48,337 bases of DNA from NCBI RefSeq assembly GCF_001194135.2, contig NC_069005.1:28558736-28607072 (forward strand), written 5' to 3'. This stretch comes from Octopus bimaculoides (taxonomy: Eukaryota). The translations under genes and the position numbers were made by a program. Below, in pieces: positions 37,342-48,337 of this stretch (position 1 is the stretch's first letter; every line of letters starts with the position of its first letter). The notes below the pieces were generated by a model. That model searched no databases, was not told the origin of the DNA, and saw nothing but the letters and a program-made list of their open reading frames with translations.

Positions 37342-38246
37342 GTAAGCAGCAAACGATCCAGCTTCTATTATTTTTCTCACGTTTACCTCTCTATCTGTCT
37401 GTCTGTCTGTCTATTTACTCATCTCGGGCGTTGTGGTGATTTGCTGTACTTGAGAAGACATGTCAAGCTAAGTAAAAATCACTGTGATCCATACATACAG
37501 GCTTGTCCTTTACATGTGCCGGTGCCACATGAAAGAAAACCCATCACCCTCTGCAAAGTGGTTGGTGTTAGGAAGGGCATCCAGCCGTGGAAATCATGTC
37601 ACAATAGACAATTGGAGTCTGGATAACTGGCCAGCTCCTGTCAAACTGTCCAACCCATGCCAGCCTGGAAACCGGACATTAAACAACGATGATGATGATG
37701 ATTTACTTATCCATCTATCCATTCACCCATCCTCTTTCTCCCCCTCTTTCTCTCCTATTTTCTAGTATCTCTTTTTTTTTCTCTCTTCATTGGACATATT
37801 TACATGCAGAAAAAGCACCATCCGAATGTGGTCGATGCCAGGTCCACCTGACTGGCTCCCGTGCCAGTGGCATGTAAAAAGCACCATGTGACAAATGCCA
37901 GTACCCACTGACTGGCTCTTGTGCCGGTGGCATGTAAAAAGCACCATCCGAACGTGATCGATGCCAGGCCCACCCAGAAGCTCCCACGCATGCCCACACT
38001 CAAACATATGTGCACACACACAGAACACGTATGTGCACACACATCCCCACACTCAAGCATGCAAACACACACACACACAATACACGTGCACGCACTCAAA
38101 AATGCACACACCCAAACCTGTATGCACACACTCATATACATGCACAGACACACACCCACATAAATCCTATTTTGTCAATACTGACACCTTTAATGTTTTC
38201 TGCTTTGTTTGACCCCTGTCTCTTTCCTGTTTAACCTCTGACACAG

Positions 38247-38430
38247 GTCAAACTGCAACAGTGATGGAAGTTGATCATGACAACCAGGAAGTCTATTCAG
38301 AAACTATACAAATTCAGCAGATGCCACTCATGTCCTCCATCCTTGAGCCGACTGCAGAGGAAGTTGCCGCTCGACTTACCTCTCCCATCATGACCACTTT
38401 TATAGACACCGATAAAATAGCTTTTGAAAG
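38247..38430 (+). CDS. ANKRD13: ANKRD13-like exon: (C)QTATVMEVDHDNQEVYSETIQIQQMPLMSSILEPTAEEVAARLTSPIMTTFIDTDKIAFE(R)
   Basis: gacacag acceptor, AG|gtacgt donor; 184 nt, phase 1 to 2; MEVDHD and RLTSPI motifs. Confidence 0.92.
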
Positions 38431-39135
38431 GTACGTATGTGTCCCCATCTTTATCACATTCATCTGCATGTCATTGTTGAATTTAGTACAAAGAAACTGT
38501 GTGGAGGCCTGCCATATCTGTCTATCTTTCAGTGTGTCTTTGCGTTTGTCCCCCATCACCAACTGACAACCAGTGTTGGTTTGTTTATGTCCCACCATAA
38601 CTTAACAGTTTGATAAAAGAGACCAGTAGAATTACAATAACAATTTACAAGTCCCTTAACCCGTTGGGAGTCATTGGAGTGCTGCAGTGATGCAGCATAT
38701 CTTGGGTGAGGAAACCTGGCAGAGCCCATTCCTCTTCAGGTTAAACTCATTTTTGCCATCTGAGTGGCCTGGAGCAACATGAAAGGAAGTGTTATGCTCA
38801 AGAACACAATGCATCGCCTGGTCTAGGAATCGAAACCGCAATCTTATGATCATGAGTCCAACACAATCTGTTCAACTAAAAGCCTTCATGACAGTGCTCC
38901 AGTATGGCCACCGCCCAGTAACTGAAACAAGCTAACGATTAAAAAAACTCATGGAAAATGGATTAACGATTAAAAAAAAGCATGGAAAATGGATGTTAAA
39001 TGATGATAATGTGTATGTGTGTGTGTATACATCAGGGTAATGCTAACTGGTTACAAGCTGGGGTTTGGCCCTCCCTGGCTGGGTTACCTGGGTAAAGGTG
39101 CCTGATGTTGAAAGATCCAAAACACGTAATGACCC

Positions 39136-39169
<34 letters not shown>

Positions 39170-39275
39170 GAGACATCGATAATGATGTATAAAATAAGTG
39201 CCGCAGTTTTAAGTTTCTTCCCCTTACTGTATCATGTCTTACATCTGTATTTAACTCCATTTTTGTTTTCAACAG

Positions 39276-39342
39276 GAACAAGTCAGGTATATGGGGTTGG
39301 CGAAGCGATAGATCTGAGGTTATCAATGGATACGAAAGCAAG
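39276..39342 (+). CDS. ANKRD13: ANKRD13-like exon: (R)NKSGIWGWRSDRSEVINGYESK
   Basis: tttcaacag acceptor, gtaaga donor; 67 nt, phase 2 to 0. Confidence 0.95.
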
Positions 39343-39880
39343 GTAAGATTTAAATGGTCTTCTTTTCTCAGCTGCGGAAAGGTGGTGTGGCTTCTGAGAA
39401 ACATAGTAGCCAGAATGAAAGCATGGTTGGTAAAAGTCCAGCAGCGTTAATAATTTCAATCCTGTGTTTAAAACTTTAAAAATTTGGTAGTTTTACATTA
39501 TAATGTATATTGTATATATAAAGATATATATATACACACAAACACATGCATATATACATGATATTGATATATATATATATATTTTCAGTTAGCTGTAATG
39601 TTCTGTATATTTAACACCTAATAATATAATGGTATATCTTTTTTGTCTACCTCTGATGAGCTTCTGCTTTATAAAATGATTTAATTATTACAATTATAAT
39701 CTTTAAAGTACGAATCGAAACAGCTGTAAGAGATTATTTTTGCAGTTAATACATATACTTAATTAATTTATCTCCATTTTCTTATATATATATATACACA
39801 CACACATGCATATATAATGTGTATTGTATATATTTTATTGTTCAACAATGTATTAAACTCAGTTGAATACTGTGTTTTAG

Positions 39881-40039
39881 GTTTTCAGTGCCTCTAACGT
39901 GGAATTGATAACAAAGACTAGAACAGAACATATGACCGAAGACGACAAGGAACGCTGTAAGAAAGTGAACAAGACTCCTTTAGTGTCCTTCCTAGGGGTC
40001 GCTGAAGAAGAAAACAAAGCCCAGGGAGCCACCAACGGT
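39881..40039 (+). CDS. ANKRD13: ANKRD13-like exon: VFSASNVELITKTRTEHMTEDDKERCKKVNKTPLVSFLGVAEEENKAQGATNG
   Basis: gttttag acceptor, gtaagt donor; 159 nt, phase 0 to 0. Confidence 0.92.
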
Positions 40040-41024
40040 GTAAGTATATTTGTCTGTAAATGTGTGTGTGTGTAAGATATATCATCATCTTCATCATCAT
40101 CATTTAATGTCTGCTTTCCATGCTGGCATGGGTTGGATGGTTTGACATGGAGTTGGCTAGCAGGGAGCTGTCCAGACTCCAGCTGTTTGTTGAGGTATGG
40201 TTTCTACAGCTGGATGCCCTTCTTAAGGCCAGCCACTTAACAGACTGTGCTGGATGCTTTTCACATGTCCCCGTGTCAAGTGGTGGTGTGGGGACAAACA
40301 GAACACACACACAGGCTTCTTTCAGTTTCTGTCTCCCAAATCCACTCAAAACTGTGGTCGACCCAAGGCTATAGTAAACACTTGCCCAAAGTGTCACACA
40401 ATGGGACTGAACCCAGAACCATGTGGTTGGGAAGCAAGCTTCTTACCACGCAGCCATGTCTGTGCCTAACGTCTTCTCTTCAGGTTCATCTTTAAATGAT
40501 TGGCCGTTTTTTTTTTTTTTTTNNNNNNNNNNNNNNNNNNNNNNNNNNNNNNNNNNNNNNNNNNNNNNNNNNNNNNNNNNNNNNNNNNNNNNNNNNNNNN
40601 NNNNNNNNNNNNNNNNNNNNNNNNNNNNNNNNNNNNNNNNNNNNNNNNNNNNNNNNNNNNNNNNNNNNNNNNNNNNNNNNNNNNNNNNNNNNNNNNNNNN
40701 NNNNNNNNNNNNNNNNNNNNNNNNNNNNNNNNNNNNNNNNNNNNNNNNNNNNNNNNNNNNNNNNNNNNNNNNNNNNNNNNNNNNNNNNNNNNNNNNNNNN
40801 NNNNNNNNNNNNNNNNNNNNNNNNNNNNNNNNNNNNNNNNNNNNNNNNNNNNNNNNNNNNNNNNNNNNNNNNNNNNNNNNNNNNNNNNNNNNNNNNNNNN
40901 NNNNNNNNNNNNNNNNNNNNNNNNNNNNNNNNNNNNNNNNNNNNNNNNNNNNNNNNNNNNNNNNNNNNNNNNNNNNNNNNNNNNNNNNNCTTTAAAAGGG
41001 CAGATAAATGAAACTTATCCTCTT

Positions 41025-41322
41025 GAGGCGCAATGGCCCAGTGGTTAGGGCAGCAGACTCGTGGTTGGAGGATCGCAGTTTCAATTCCCAGACCAGGCGT
41101 TGTGTGTGTTTATTGAGCGAGAACACCTGAAGCTCCACGAGGCTCCGGCAGGGGCTGGTGGCAACCCCTGTTGTACTCTTTCGCCCCAACTTTCTCTCAC
41201 TCATTCTTCCTGTTTCTTGAGTAATGCTGCGATGGATTGGCGTCCCGTCCAGCTGGGGGGAACACATACGCCATAGAAACCGGGAAACCGGGCCCATGAG
41301 TCTGGCTAGGCTTTAAAAGGGC
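41025..41322 (+). mobile_element. Family C tRNA-derived SINE (gaggcgcaatggcccagtggttagggc.. head)
   Basis: Box A tggcccagtgg and box-B-like gtttcaattcc; related heads at about 20955-21065(-), 38745-38860(-), 46630-46789(-), 46908-46985(+). Confidence 0.75.
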
Positions 41323-41747
41323 AGATAAATGAAACTTATCCTCTTGGTATCATTTGCACACTGCTAAGTTATGGGGATTTAAACAAACCCACACCAGTTG
41401 TCAAGCAGTAGCTGGGAGGCAAACAAACACACACACACACACACAAGCTTCCACACAGTTTCTGTTTACCAAATTCATTCACAAGGCCTTGGGTTAAAAT
41501 AGAAGACACTTGCTAAGGTGCCATGCTGTGAGATTGAACCCAGAACTACATGGTTGTAAAGTGAACTTCTTAACCACAGACCCATGATTGTCCCTGCAAA
41601 GCGAGCATCTGTACTCATTTTACAAACACACACACAATATATATATATATATATTTTACTCTGTAAAGCTCAATTTAATTTTAATTTTTTATAAATTGAT
41701 TTTAATTGAGTTTTTACCTGTAATTTTGGATTTTGTCCCTAATATTA

Positions 41748-41801
<54 letters not shown>

Positions 41802-41901
41802 ATAATATATATATATATATAAGTATCGTATTTCTGGTTTTTAACTTGACACCTCTTTCAATACATTCTAATACTCTTTTTCTTTTTACTTTTATATTCA
41901 G

Positions 41902-42060
41902 AAATTCCTTTGTTCCATGTCCTTAATGCAAGAATCACTTTTGGAAACATCTTTGGAGTCGAGAACCCAGTTGGAGGTGTCACATGTATTCAAGATGAGA
42001 AAATGTCCTGCTCCATCGATGATTCTGTATTTGAATTGCCGGCCAACTACAACCGAGGTG
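41902..42060 (+). CDS. ANKRD13: ANKRD13-like exon: (E)IPLFHVLNARITFGNIFGVENPVGGVTCIQDEKMSCSIDDSVFELPANYNRG
   Basis: tattcag acceptor, gtgagt donor; 159 nt, phase 1 to 1; IPLFHVLNARITF matches human ANKRD13D. Confidence 0.93.
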
Positions 42061-42509
42061 GTGAGTCACTCTGTTTCGCAATTGTTATATTCAGCATTGG
42101 AAATAAATTGTGGTGATGGTGGGAGCAGTTGGTGGTTTGTTGTGTTAATGAGGTTAATGAGTGCAAGTGTGTGTGTGTGTGTGTGTGTGTGAGTGACCTT
42201 GCATTTGTTTATCCCTTCAACATTTTAAACAGGTCTTAGCCAGCCAAAATATTTTACCTGTTATATGAGATTTCAGCATTGTGACTTTATTTTTTGGAAT
42301 GACATTGTCGGAGAGGTGTGAGATTGGATTTGGCTGAAAGCAGCAAAGCCATGAAATAAAGGTTGATTAATTCAAAACAATGTGAATGAAAAAAAAAACA
42401 TTACATTTTACAGGTTTATATTGATGCTAAAAGATTCAGAAGGTTTTGTTTTTGATATTGATTTTAGGTTACATTTAAATACTACATTTTATTCAATAAT
42501 TTATTCTAT

Positions 42510-42656
42510 ATATTGATGTTTTCGATCTAGTTTGGATTCTTTGCCATCAAATTTGAATTGTTTGCCATCAAATTTGAATTCTTTACAATCAAATTTGAAT
42601 TCTTTGCAATCAAATTTGATGGCAAAGAATCCCAACTAGATCGAAAATATCTATAT
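42510..42656. repeat. 147-bp imperfect palindrome enclosing four 21-bp tandem units
   Basis: Arms ttttcgatctagtttggattctttgccatcaaattt / aaatttgatggcaaagaatcccaactagatcgaaaa (1 mismatch). Confidence 0.9.
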
Positions 42657-43519
42657 TAGTTAAAGTTAAAAATATTATTGGTGTTTTCTGTGTAATTTTC
42701 AACTGGAACGAGGAAGAAATTGTGATGGCTATTTAAAAATTTCAGAACACTGAAATCTCGATGGTATGAGATAATGCATGGTGAATTGAAACCCATGCGA
42801 ATAAATAAATAAATATTACATTTGAAAGAAATGAAGGCACGTAGTTGAGTGATTGGGGTGTTTGGTCCACACTCATAAGGTCGTGTGTGTGCGTATATGT
42901 GTTATTGGCTCTTTGCCTTGATTTCGCAGGAAGGTTGTAAACGAGTATCACTGTTATACAAGCAGTGTCCTTCTGTTCCAGTCTTCCTTGCATAAAAACT
43001 TATCTGGTCATGTGGGAAATATTACCTTGCTTGGTAAAAGGTGCCAGTTGGCAACAGGAAGCCCATCCAGATTTAATAAAGGAGTTACTAACTGTGCTAT
43101 AGACAAGGTTCAATATGCAATACTGACACGTTCTATATGACACGTCACCAAAAAATTAACTTGAATATTTTGGGGGGGTGCAGTCTATTTGATGATGAGG
43201 TTTATCTCATGTAGTCCACTCAGCTGGCAAAACTGAGCAGTACCTGTATTTCAAAGGGCCAGTTTGTCACATTGTGGGTATGTATATCTGTGGAGTACTC
43301 AGCCACTTGCATCATTAATTTCCCTGGTCTCCTCGTTCCGGATGTGATCTCTTAGCGAGATGCCTAGCTTTGACCTTTCCTGTGTATGTGTCGCAATGTG
43401 TGTGTGTGTGTGTGTGTGTGTGGTATTGTGAATAATGTCAGCATCTTATAATGCATGTGCACATAATAAATAATGAAAATGAAATCTCTGTCTGTCTGTC
43501 CGTCTTTCTGTCCATGCAG

Positions 43520-43623
43520 GTGATGCCAACCACGAGCGCTTGACCCTGCGTTCCGATGACGAAGAATTGCTCCAATATGCCATCCAACAGAGTATGATTG
43601 AAGTCGGCACGGAAAACGACCAG
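43520..43623 (+). CDS. ANKRD13: ANKRD13-like exon with ubiquitin-interacting motif: (G)DANHERLTLRSDDEELLQYAIQQSMIEVGTENDQ
   Basis: atgcag acceptor, gtaaat donor; 104 nt, phase 1 to 0; UIM pattern (acidic patch-L..A...S). Confidence 0.92.
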
Positions 43624-44289
43624 GTAAATTGCCCGATTGAATCTCCTGCTGATCCTTATGTAAGTGAATAACTTCTGTAACTAACAATCCATCCATCAAT
43701 CATCAATCAATCAATCAGTCAGTCAGTAGAGCTTGTTGGGTTTGTCTTTTGTTCTTTAATTTTTGTTTGTTTTAATTTTTCTGTATAACCCTCCAAACCC
43801 CCTTTTTTTTTTTTGTCTTTTTACTCCAAGTTCTCCCTTTTTGTATTTCTTTTTCCTTCAGTGAATATATTTTGGTTCTGTTCTTATTTCATTCTTCAAA
43901 TTCTTTGATCTTTTTTTTTTTTTTTTACCAATTCTCATCTCCGTCTTTTGACGTATTCGCCGTGGGTGGCGGCTGCATGGTTTATTTTCCCCCTCCCTCT
44001 CCTCTCTCCCATTCCTTCCCTGTTCCTTGAACCCTAAACCAGCTTCTCTGTTCCGCTCTGTGCTGTACCGTTCTGTTCTCCCTGTACATCTTTTTATCAA
44101 TACCAACTGTACCAACAGCTTTGTCCTTTTTTTTTTTGTTTGTTTGTTTGTTTATATTATTTTGTTTGTTTGTTTGTTTATATTATTTTGTTTGTCGTCC
44201 GTCTGTCCTTTCTATTCATGTTTGTTCAGGGCCCTTTTTTAAACTCTTTTTATTATTATTATTACTATTATTATTATTATTATTATTAC

Positions 44290-45030
44290 TAGAGCGATGA
44301 GCTGGTAGAATTGCATGCCAGGCAAAATGCTTAGCAGTATTTTGTCTGCCTTTATGTTCTGAGTTCAAATTCCGCCAAAGTCATCTTCACCTTTTGTCCT
44401 TTCAAGGTCAATAAAATAAGTACCAGTTTAACACTGGGGTTGATGCAATCGACTTAGGCCCTGCCCTGAAATTGCTGGCCTTGTGCCAAAATTTGAAATT
44501 ATTATTATAATTATGGCGAGTTGACAGAATCCTTAGCACACCTGGTGAAATGCTCAACAGCATTTCATCTGTTCTTACATTCTGAGTTCAAATTCTGCCA
44601 AGGTTGACTTTTCCTTTCATCCTTTTGGGATCAATAAGATGAGTACTAGTTGAGTACTGGGCTCAGTGTAATTGACTTACTCCCATTCAACCTCAGCAGA
44701 AATTGAACTCAGAACGTTGTGGCAGACGAAATACCACTAAGCATTTTGCCTAGCGTGCTAATGATTCTGCCAGCTCGTCTTATTATTATTATTATTAATA
44801 TTATTACTATTATTAAGGTGGTGAGCTTACAGAATCGTTAACATGCTGGGCAAAACACTTAGCATTTCAACCATCTTTATGTTCTGGGTTCAAATTCCAC
44901 TAAGATCAACTTTGTCTTTCATCCTTTCAGGGTCAATAAATTAAGTACCAGTGAAACACTGGAGTTGATGTAATCAACTGGTCCCCTCCCCCCAAATTTC
45001 AGGCCTTGTGCCTATAGTAGAAAGGATTAT
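44290..45030. mobile_element. Cluster of four family B SINE copies (+,+,-,+) in ANKRD13 intron
   Basis: Copies at about 44290-44500(+), 44515-44680(+), 44690-44780(-), 44815-45030(+), several separated by (ATT)n tails. Confidence 0.8.
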
Positions 45031-45049
45031 TGTTATTATTATTATCATT

Positions 45050-45612
45050 ATTGAATGACAGAGCAGTGCATGCCATCGAAGTGTTACTGGGGTAAGATAT
45101 ACAAAGCCTAGTATACCCATCATGACTACCTGTCTGATAAGGGTACATCGGGCACATGCATCACAACCATATGTGCGCAACATGGTGATCTCATATCAAG
45201 ATTAACAGTGCACGACCTTGCAGAGGAGGCCCAATTAGAATTTTCTTCAGGTTGAGTAGCCTATACCACTTAAAAGGTCCCTGAATAAGGTTTGTTTAAG
45301 GATGTTGAACAAAACACTGATGTTTCCAAAGGTGAATTATTCAAACCCCAAAGAATTCCTCTTGATACATGGCTATGATGCTCCCCCCATTACTTCTGCT
45401 CATGATCAGAGATGCACATATCGTCAGCCACCAAGAGACATACATGTTCAGCTGGTGAAGGGCAAACAACAGACAAGCAAATCTGTGGTATTGAGCAGAA
45501 TATTTGCTGTAGCCCATCTTTTTATACCAAGACAAAACAATGTACATGAGAATACTTCCAATCAGTTAAGATTAAAAGCCATGAAAGCCACTGCCTGGTA
45601 CTGCATCAGGGC

Positions 45613-45613
<1 letters not shown>
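45050..45613 (+). mobile_element. About 560-bp interspersed repeat of unknown class; copies at about 23045-23605(-) and 25540-25890(-)
   Basis: Three colinear copies (catggtgatctcatatcaagat, aaaaggtccctgaataagg), flanked by (ATT)/(ATG) tracts. Confidence 0.75.
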
Positions 45614-45645
<32 letters not shown>

Positions 45646-47329
45646 CATTGTTGTTATTATTATCGTTATTATTTTTATTATTGTTATTATTGTTGTTATT
45701 ATCATCAGCTTAGTCTTAGCTTTTTAATCTTTCTTTTCTTGTCGTTCATGCCTCACACTAATATCTGTGCAATTGTTATTTTATTGAGTGTATTTTGCTG
45801 CACTTGTGCAACTACTATCACGTTCAGATGCATCTGGCATCTTGCACTTGTAAAGCTTTTTATTATATATGATTTAAGTTACCGTGTATAAGTGAAATGA
45901 CTGAACGGACTGGGTGGGGGTGTATACTGTTTCCATACCTGGGACAATGCTTGCTGTTATACCATGGGTTACTGCCCCACCGTGTCTGGGATACTGCTGA
46001 TATTCATACCCAGTAGAGTGTTGCCCCCTGAATGTGGGACATTGCTGCTTTTACACAACAGTATATTGCGCCCTGTGTCTGGAATGGGACTGCTATTCCA
46101 CACACATGCAACTTTGACCCACATCAAATAAAATGTCCATCCAACTGATTAACATTGAGTGACCCTCAACCTCTCTGGCCCATAGACAAGCTGCCTTTGC
46201 CTTTTTAACCACCTCCGCCTCTGTTTCTCTCTCTCTCCCCCCCCCTCTCTCTCTCTCTCTCCACTACCATCCTGTTACAGCAATATATCTGTTTATTCCA
46301 TCATACTTCAACTTTGACCCCTTCAGTTGTAGAGCATCTTTATAAGGTGATTTATGAAGTGCTATATGCTTGACTTTCCCTCCAGCTAACGTTATTAAGG
46401 GGTGGGGGTGGGGGCAGAAAATATGGTATTAAACTTTTGTCCTACCTGTTTTAGTAGGACAGGGTTTTCCACTTTGCATCCTATGCAAGTGTCAAGTGGA
46501 GTATTTGGTGGTGGGCAGGCTGGGCTTCGTTTCAAGACCAGCAGTCGCCCATGCATACCAGCCACCCCTCTCCACACCACTGATGTTATTATCCAAGAGA
46601 AAAGCAAAAGGGGCCGATACAGCTTGGGCACCAGTGATGTCGCAACCCATTTCTACAGCTGAGTGAACTGGAGCAACATGAAATAAAGTGTCTTGCTCAA
46701 GAACACAACACACAGCCCTGTCTGGGAATCGAACTCACTGTCTCATGACTGTGAGCCTGACAGTCTAACCACTGTACCATTATGCACCTATTATATGTCT
46801 GCATAGTGATTCACTCGTTACTTCTTGTCATTTAGTTCCTGGTCAGTCCCAGTTGAGCAGACCTGTCTTATATCTATGATCAGTAGCATTCCCATTGTAC
46901 CACTAGTGGAGGTGCGTCGCTTAGTGGTTAAGATGTTGGATTCATGACCATAAGATTGTGGTTTCAATCCCTGGGCTGGGTTGTTTTATGTGCAAGGAAT
47001 TGAAGAACACAATTATTTACCCAAACTGCCCCTTTTTTTCTAAGGTATTGGAATGGGATTTGAAGGAGATTTCTAGCAATTTAAACCAGCGACCACATAG
47101 AAGCATGGTGAAGCCTGTGTTTTACTGAAGAGGTCTAATATGACCAAAATATATCCAGAGTTATATGCGAGTGCTGTGTATATACATGCATGTGTGTGTG
47201 TGTGTGTGTGTGTATTTATTGGTGTGTATCTGTATATTGATGTATAAGTGTGTGGTGTTTGCTTTTTTTTTCACTCACTGCTTATTTCTTCTTTCTTTCT
47301 TTCTCTCTCTCTTTCTCTCTCTTTCTTTC

Positions 47330-47365
<36 letters not shown>

Positions 47366-47974
47366 AGACACTCTCTTGCGCATTCACAAGCTGCTACTTT
47401 CTCCGTATTTCTCCTCTTCCTTTTCCCCACCTTGCTTCTCTTTGTGCCTTAATTCCCCACCCCACCCTCTTTAACACCCTTTCTCTCTGAGAACGATACC
47501 CACTCNNNNNNNNNNNNNNNNNNNNNNNNNNNNNNNNNNNNNNNNNNNNNNNNNNNNNNNNNNNNNNNNNNNNNNNNNNNNNNNNNNNNNNNNNNNNNNN
47601 NNNNNNNNNNNNNNNNNNNNNNNNNNNNNNNNNNNNNNNNNNNNNNNNNNNNNNNNNNNNNNNNNNNNNNNNNNNNNNNNNNNNNNNNNNNNNNNACCAT
47701 TCTCCTCCACAACCCCCTCTTTGCTCATGTCCCACCACAACCTCTCTCCCTTCATCCCACTACTCTCTTACTACCCTCTCCTCCTCTCCCCAATATTATT
47801 ACTCCCTCAATGCCTCTACTCTCCTTCTCCAACCACTACCACCACTCACTCTCTTTCTCTTCTCTCTTTCTATTCTATCTTCTCTCTCTCTCTCCCTCCC
47901 CCTTCTCTTCAGTTTTCTATCTCTCTGTCTATCTGTCCGCCTCTGTCTTTACTCTTCCATCTTCTCTTCTGCAG

Positions 47975-48054
47975 GTCACATTCTGGGAAGCTCTGAACAA
48001 GAGCCGGCCTTCTACCAATAATTCAAGCATTGAAGAAGAACGCTGGCTACAGAG
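47975..48054 (+). CDS. ANKRD13: ANKRD13-like exon: VTFWEALNKSRPSTNNSSIEEERWLQ(R)
   Basis: Long CT tract + ctgcag acceptor, AG|gtaagt donor; 80 nt, phase 0 to 2; matches human VT(V/I)WEALTN. Confidence 0.9.
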
Positions 48055-48288
48055 GTAAGTGGCATTTTTGGCTTCTTCACTCACGAGAAGCTTGCTTGTG
48101 ACAGCATACATATGTACATACATAAATATGTTCATATTTAACTTCATATTTGCGGCTCTGATGAAGCTGTAAGGTGTTACTCAGGTACTCAACAATGAAT
48201 CCTCTGCATCTGGTAGCAGAAACAGCAGTAAGCTAATGAAGTTCATAAGATAATCAGTTATTCCTTTGTCATCTATAGCGTGTGTGTG

Positions 48289-48337
<49 letters not shown>

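Larger units (their letters stand above)
5041..41585. mobile_element. Dispersed partial family A SINE copies (approx.): 5041-5255(-), 9935-10170(-), 15350-15545(-), 16640-16822(-), 19040-19262(+), 20305-20505(+), 26800-26970(+), 27194-27350(+), 28133-28232(-), 30235-30390(+), 40285-40460(-), 41360-41585(-)
   Basis: Shared blocks such as ccttgggcaagtgtcttct and aaggcggtgctccagcatggcc, or their reverse complements. Confidence 0.75.
30467..48054 (+). other. ANKRD13: ANKRD13A/B/D-like gene, partial (11 visible coding exons; 5' exon, internal exon(s) and 3' end not visible)
   Basis: Spliced translation follows human ANKRD13B/D motifs in order: [103 protein letters not shown] argues against ANKRD13C. 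Confidence 0.95.

Noticed and set aside
40484-40522. tcttctcttcag acceptor before the gap as the start of the missing exon
   Set aside because: In the required phase 0 it reads VHL* immediately.
45302-45727. 141-aa ORF with a hydrophobic tail resembling a membrane protein
   Set aside because: It lies inside the multicopy 560-bp repeat, and the hydrophobic tail is an (ATT)n tract.
2537-47755. Long ORFs in the supplied track (YIYIY, CVCVC, HTHT, poly-T/V/H, X-runs)
   Set aside because: They are translations of microsatellites and N-gaps, with no coding signal.

Overview
AT-rich, microsatellite-laden eukaryotic genomic DNA with about 13 assembly gaps. The SINE/MITE repertoire looks like that of an octopod cephalopod (inferred, not proven). 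The one gene I can firmly support is a + strand ANKRD13A/B/D-type gene (ankyrin repeats, ANKRD13 central domain, ubiquitin-interacting motif). I reconstructed 11 coding exons between 30467 and 48054, with GT-AG sites and consistent phases except across one break. Exon 1, roughly 95 conserved internal codons (probably in the 40523-40989 gap) and the final exon(s) are not visible. The rest is mostly transposon debris: several tRNA-derived SINE families, RTE and L1/Tx1 LINE 3' remnants, a mariner deletion derivative, TTAA and hAT-like MITEs, and mini/microsatellites. There is no prokaryotic system, CRISPR array or genuine RNA gene. Almost all ORFs in the supplied track are artefacts of repeats or N-runs. 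The best lead is a diverged tandem copy of the ankyrin-coding exon, with its own acceptor, about 820 bp upstream of the real exon. It could act as a 102-nt in-frame cassette or as a poison exon. I see no firm evidence of a wholly new biological system.
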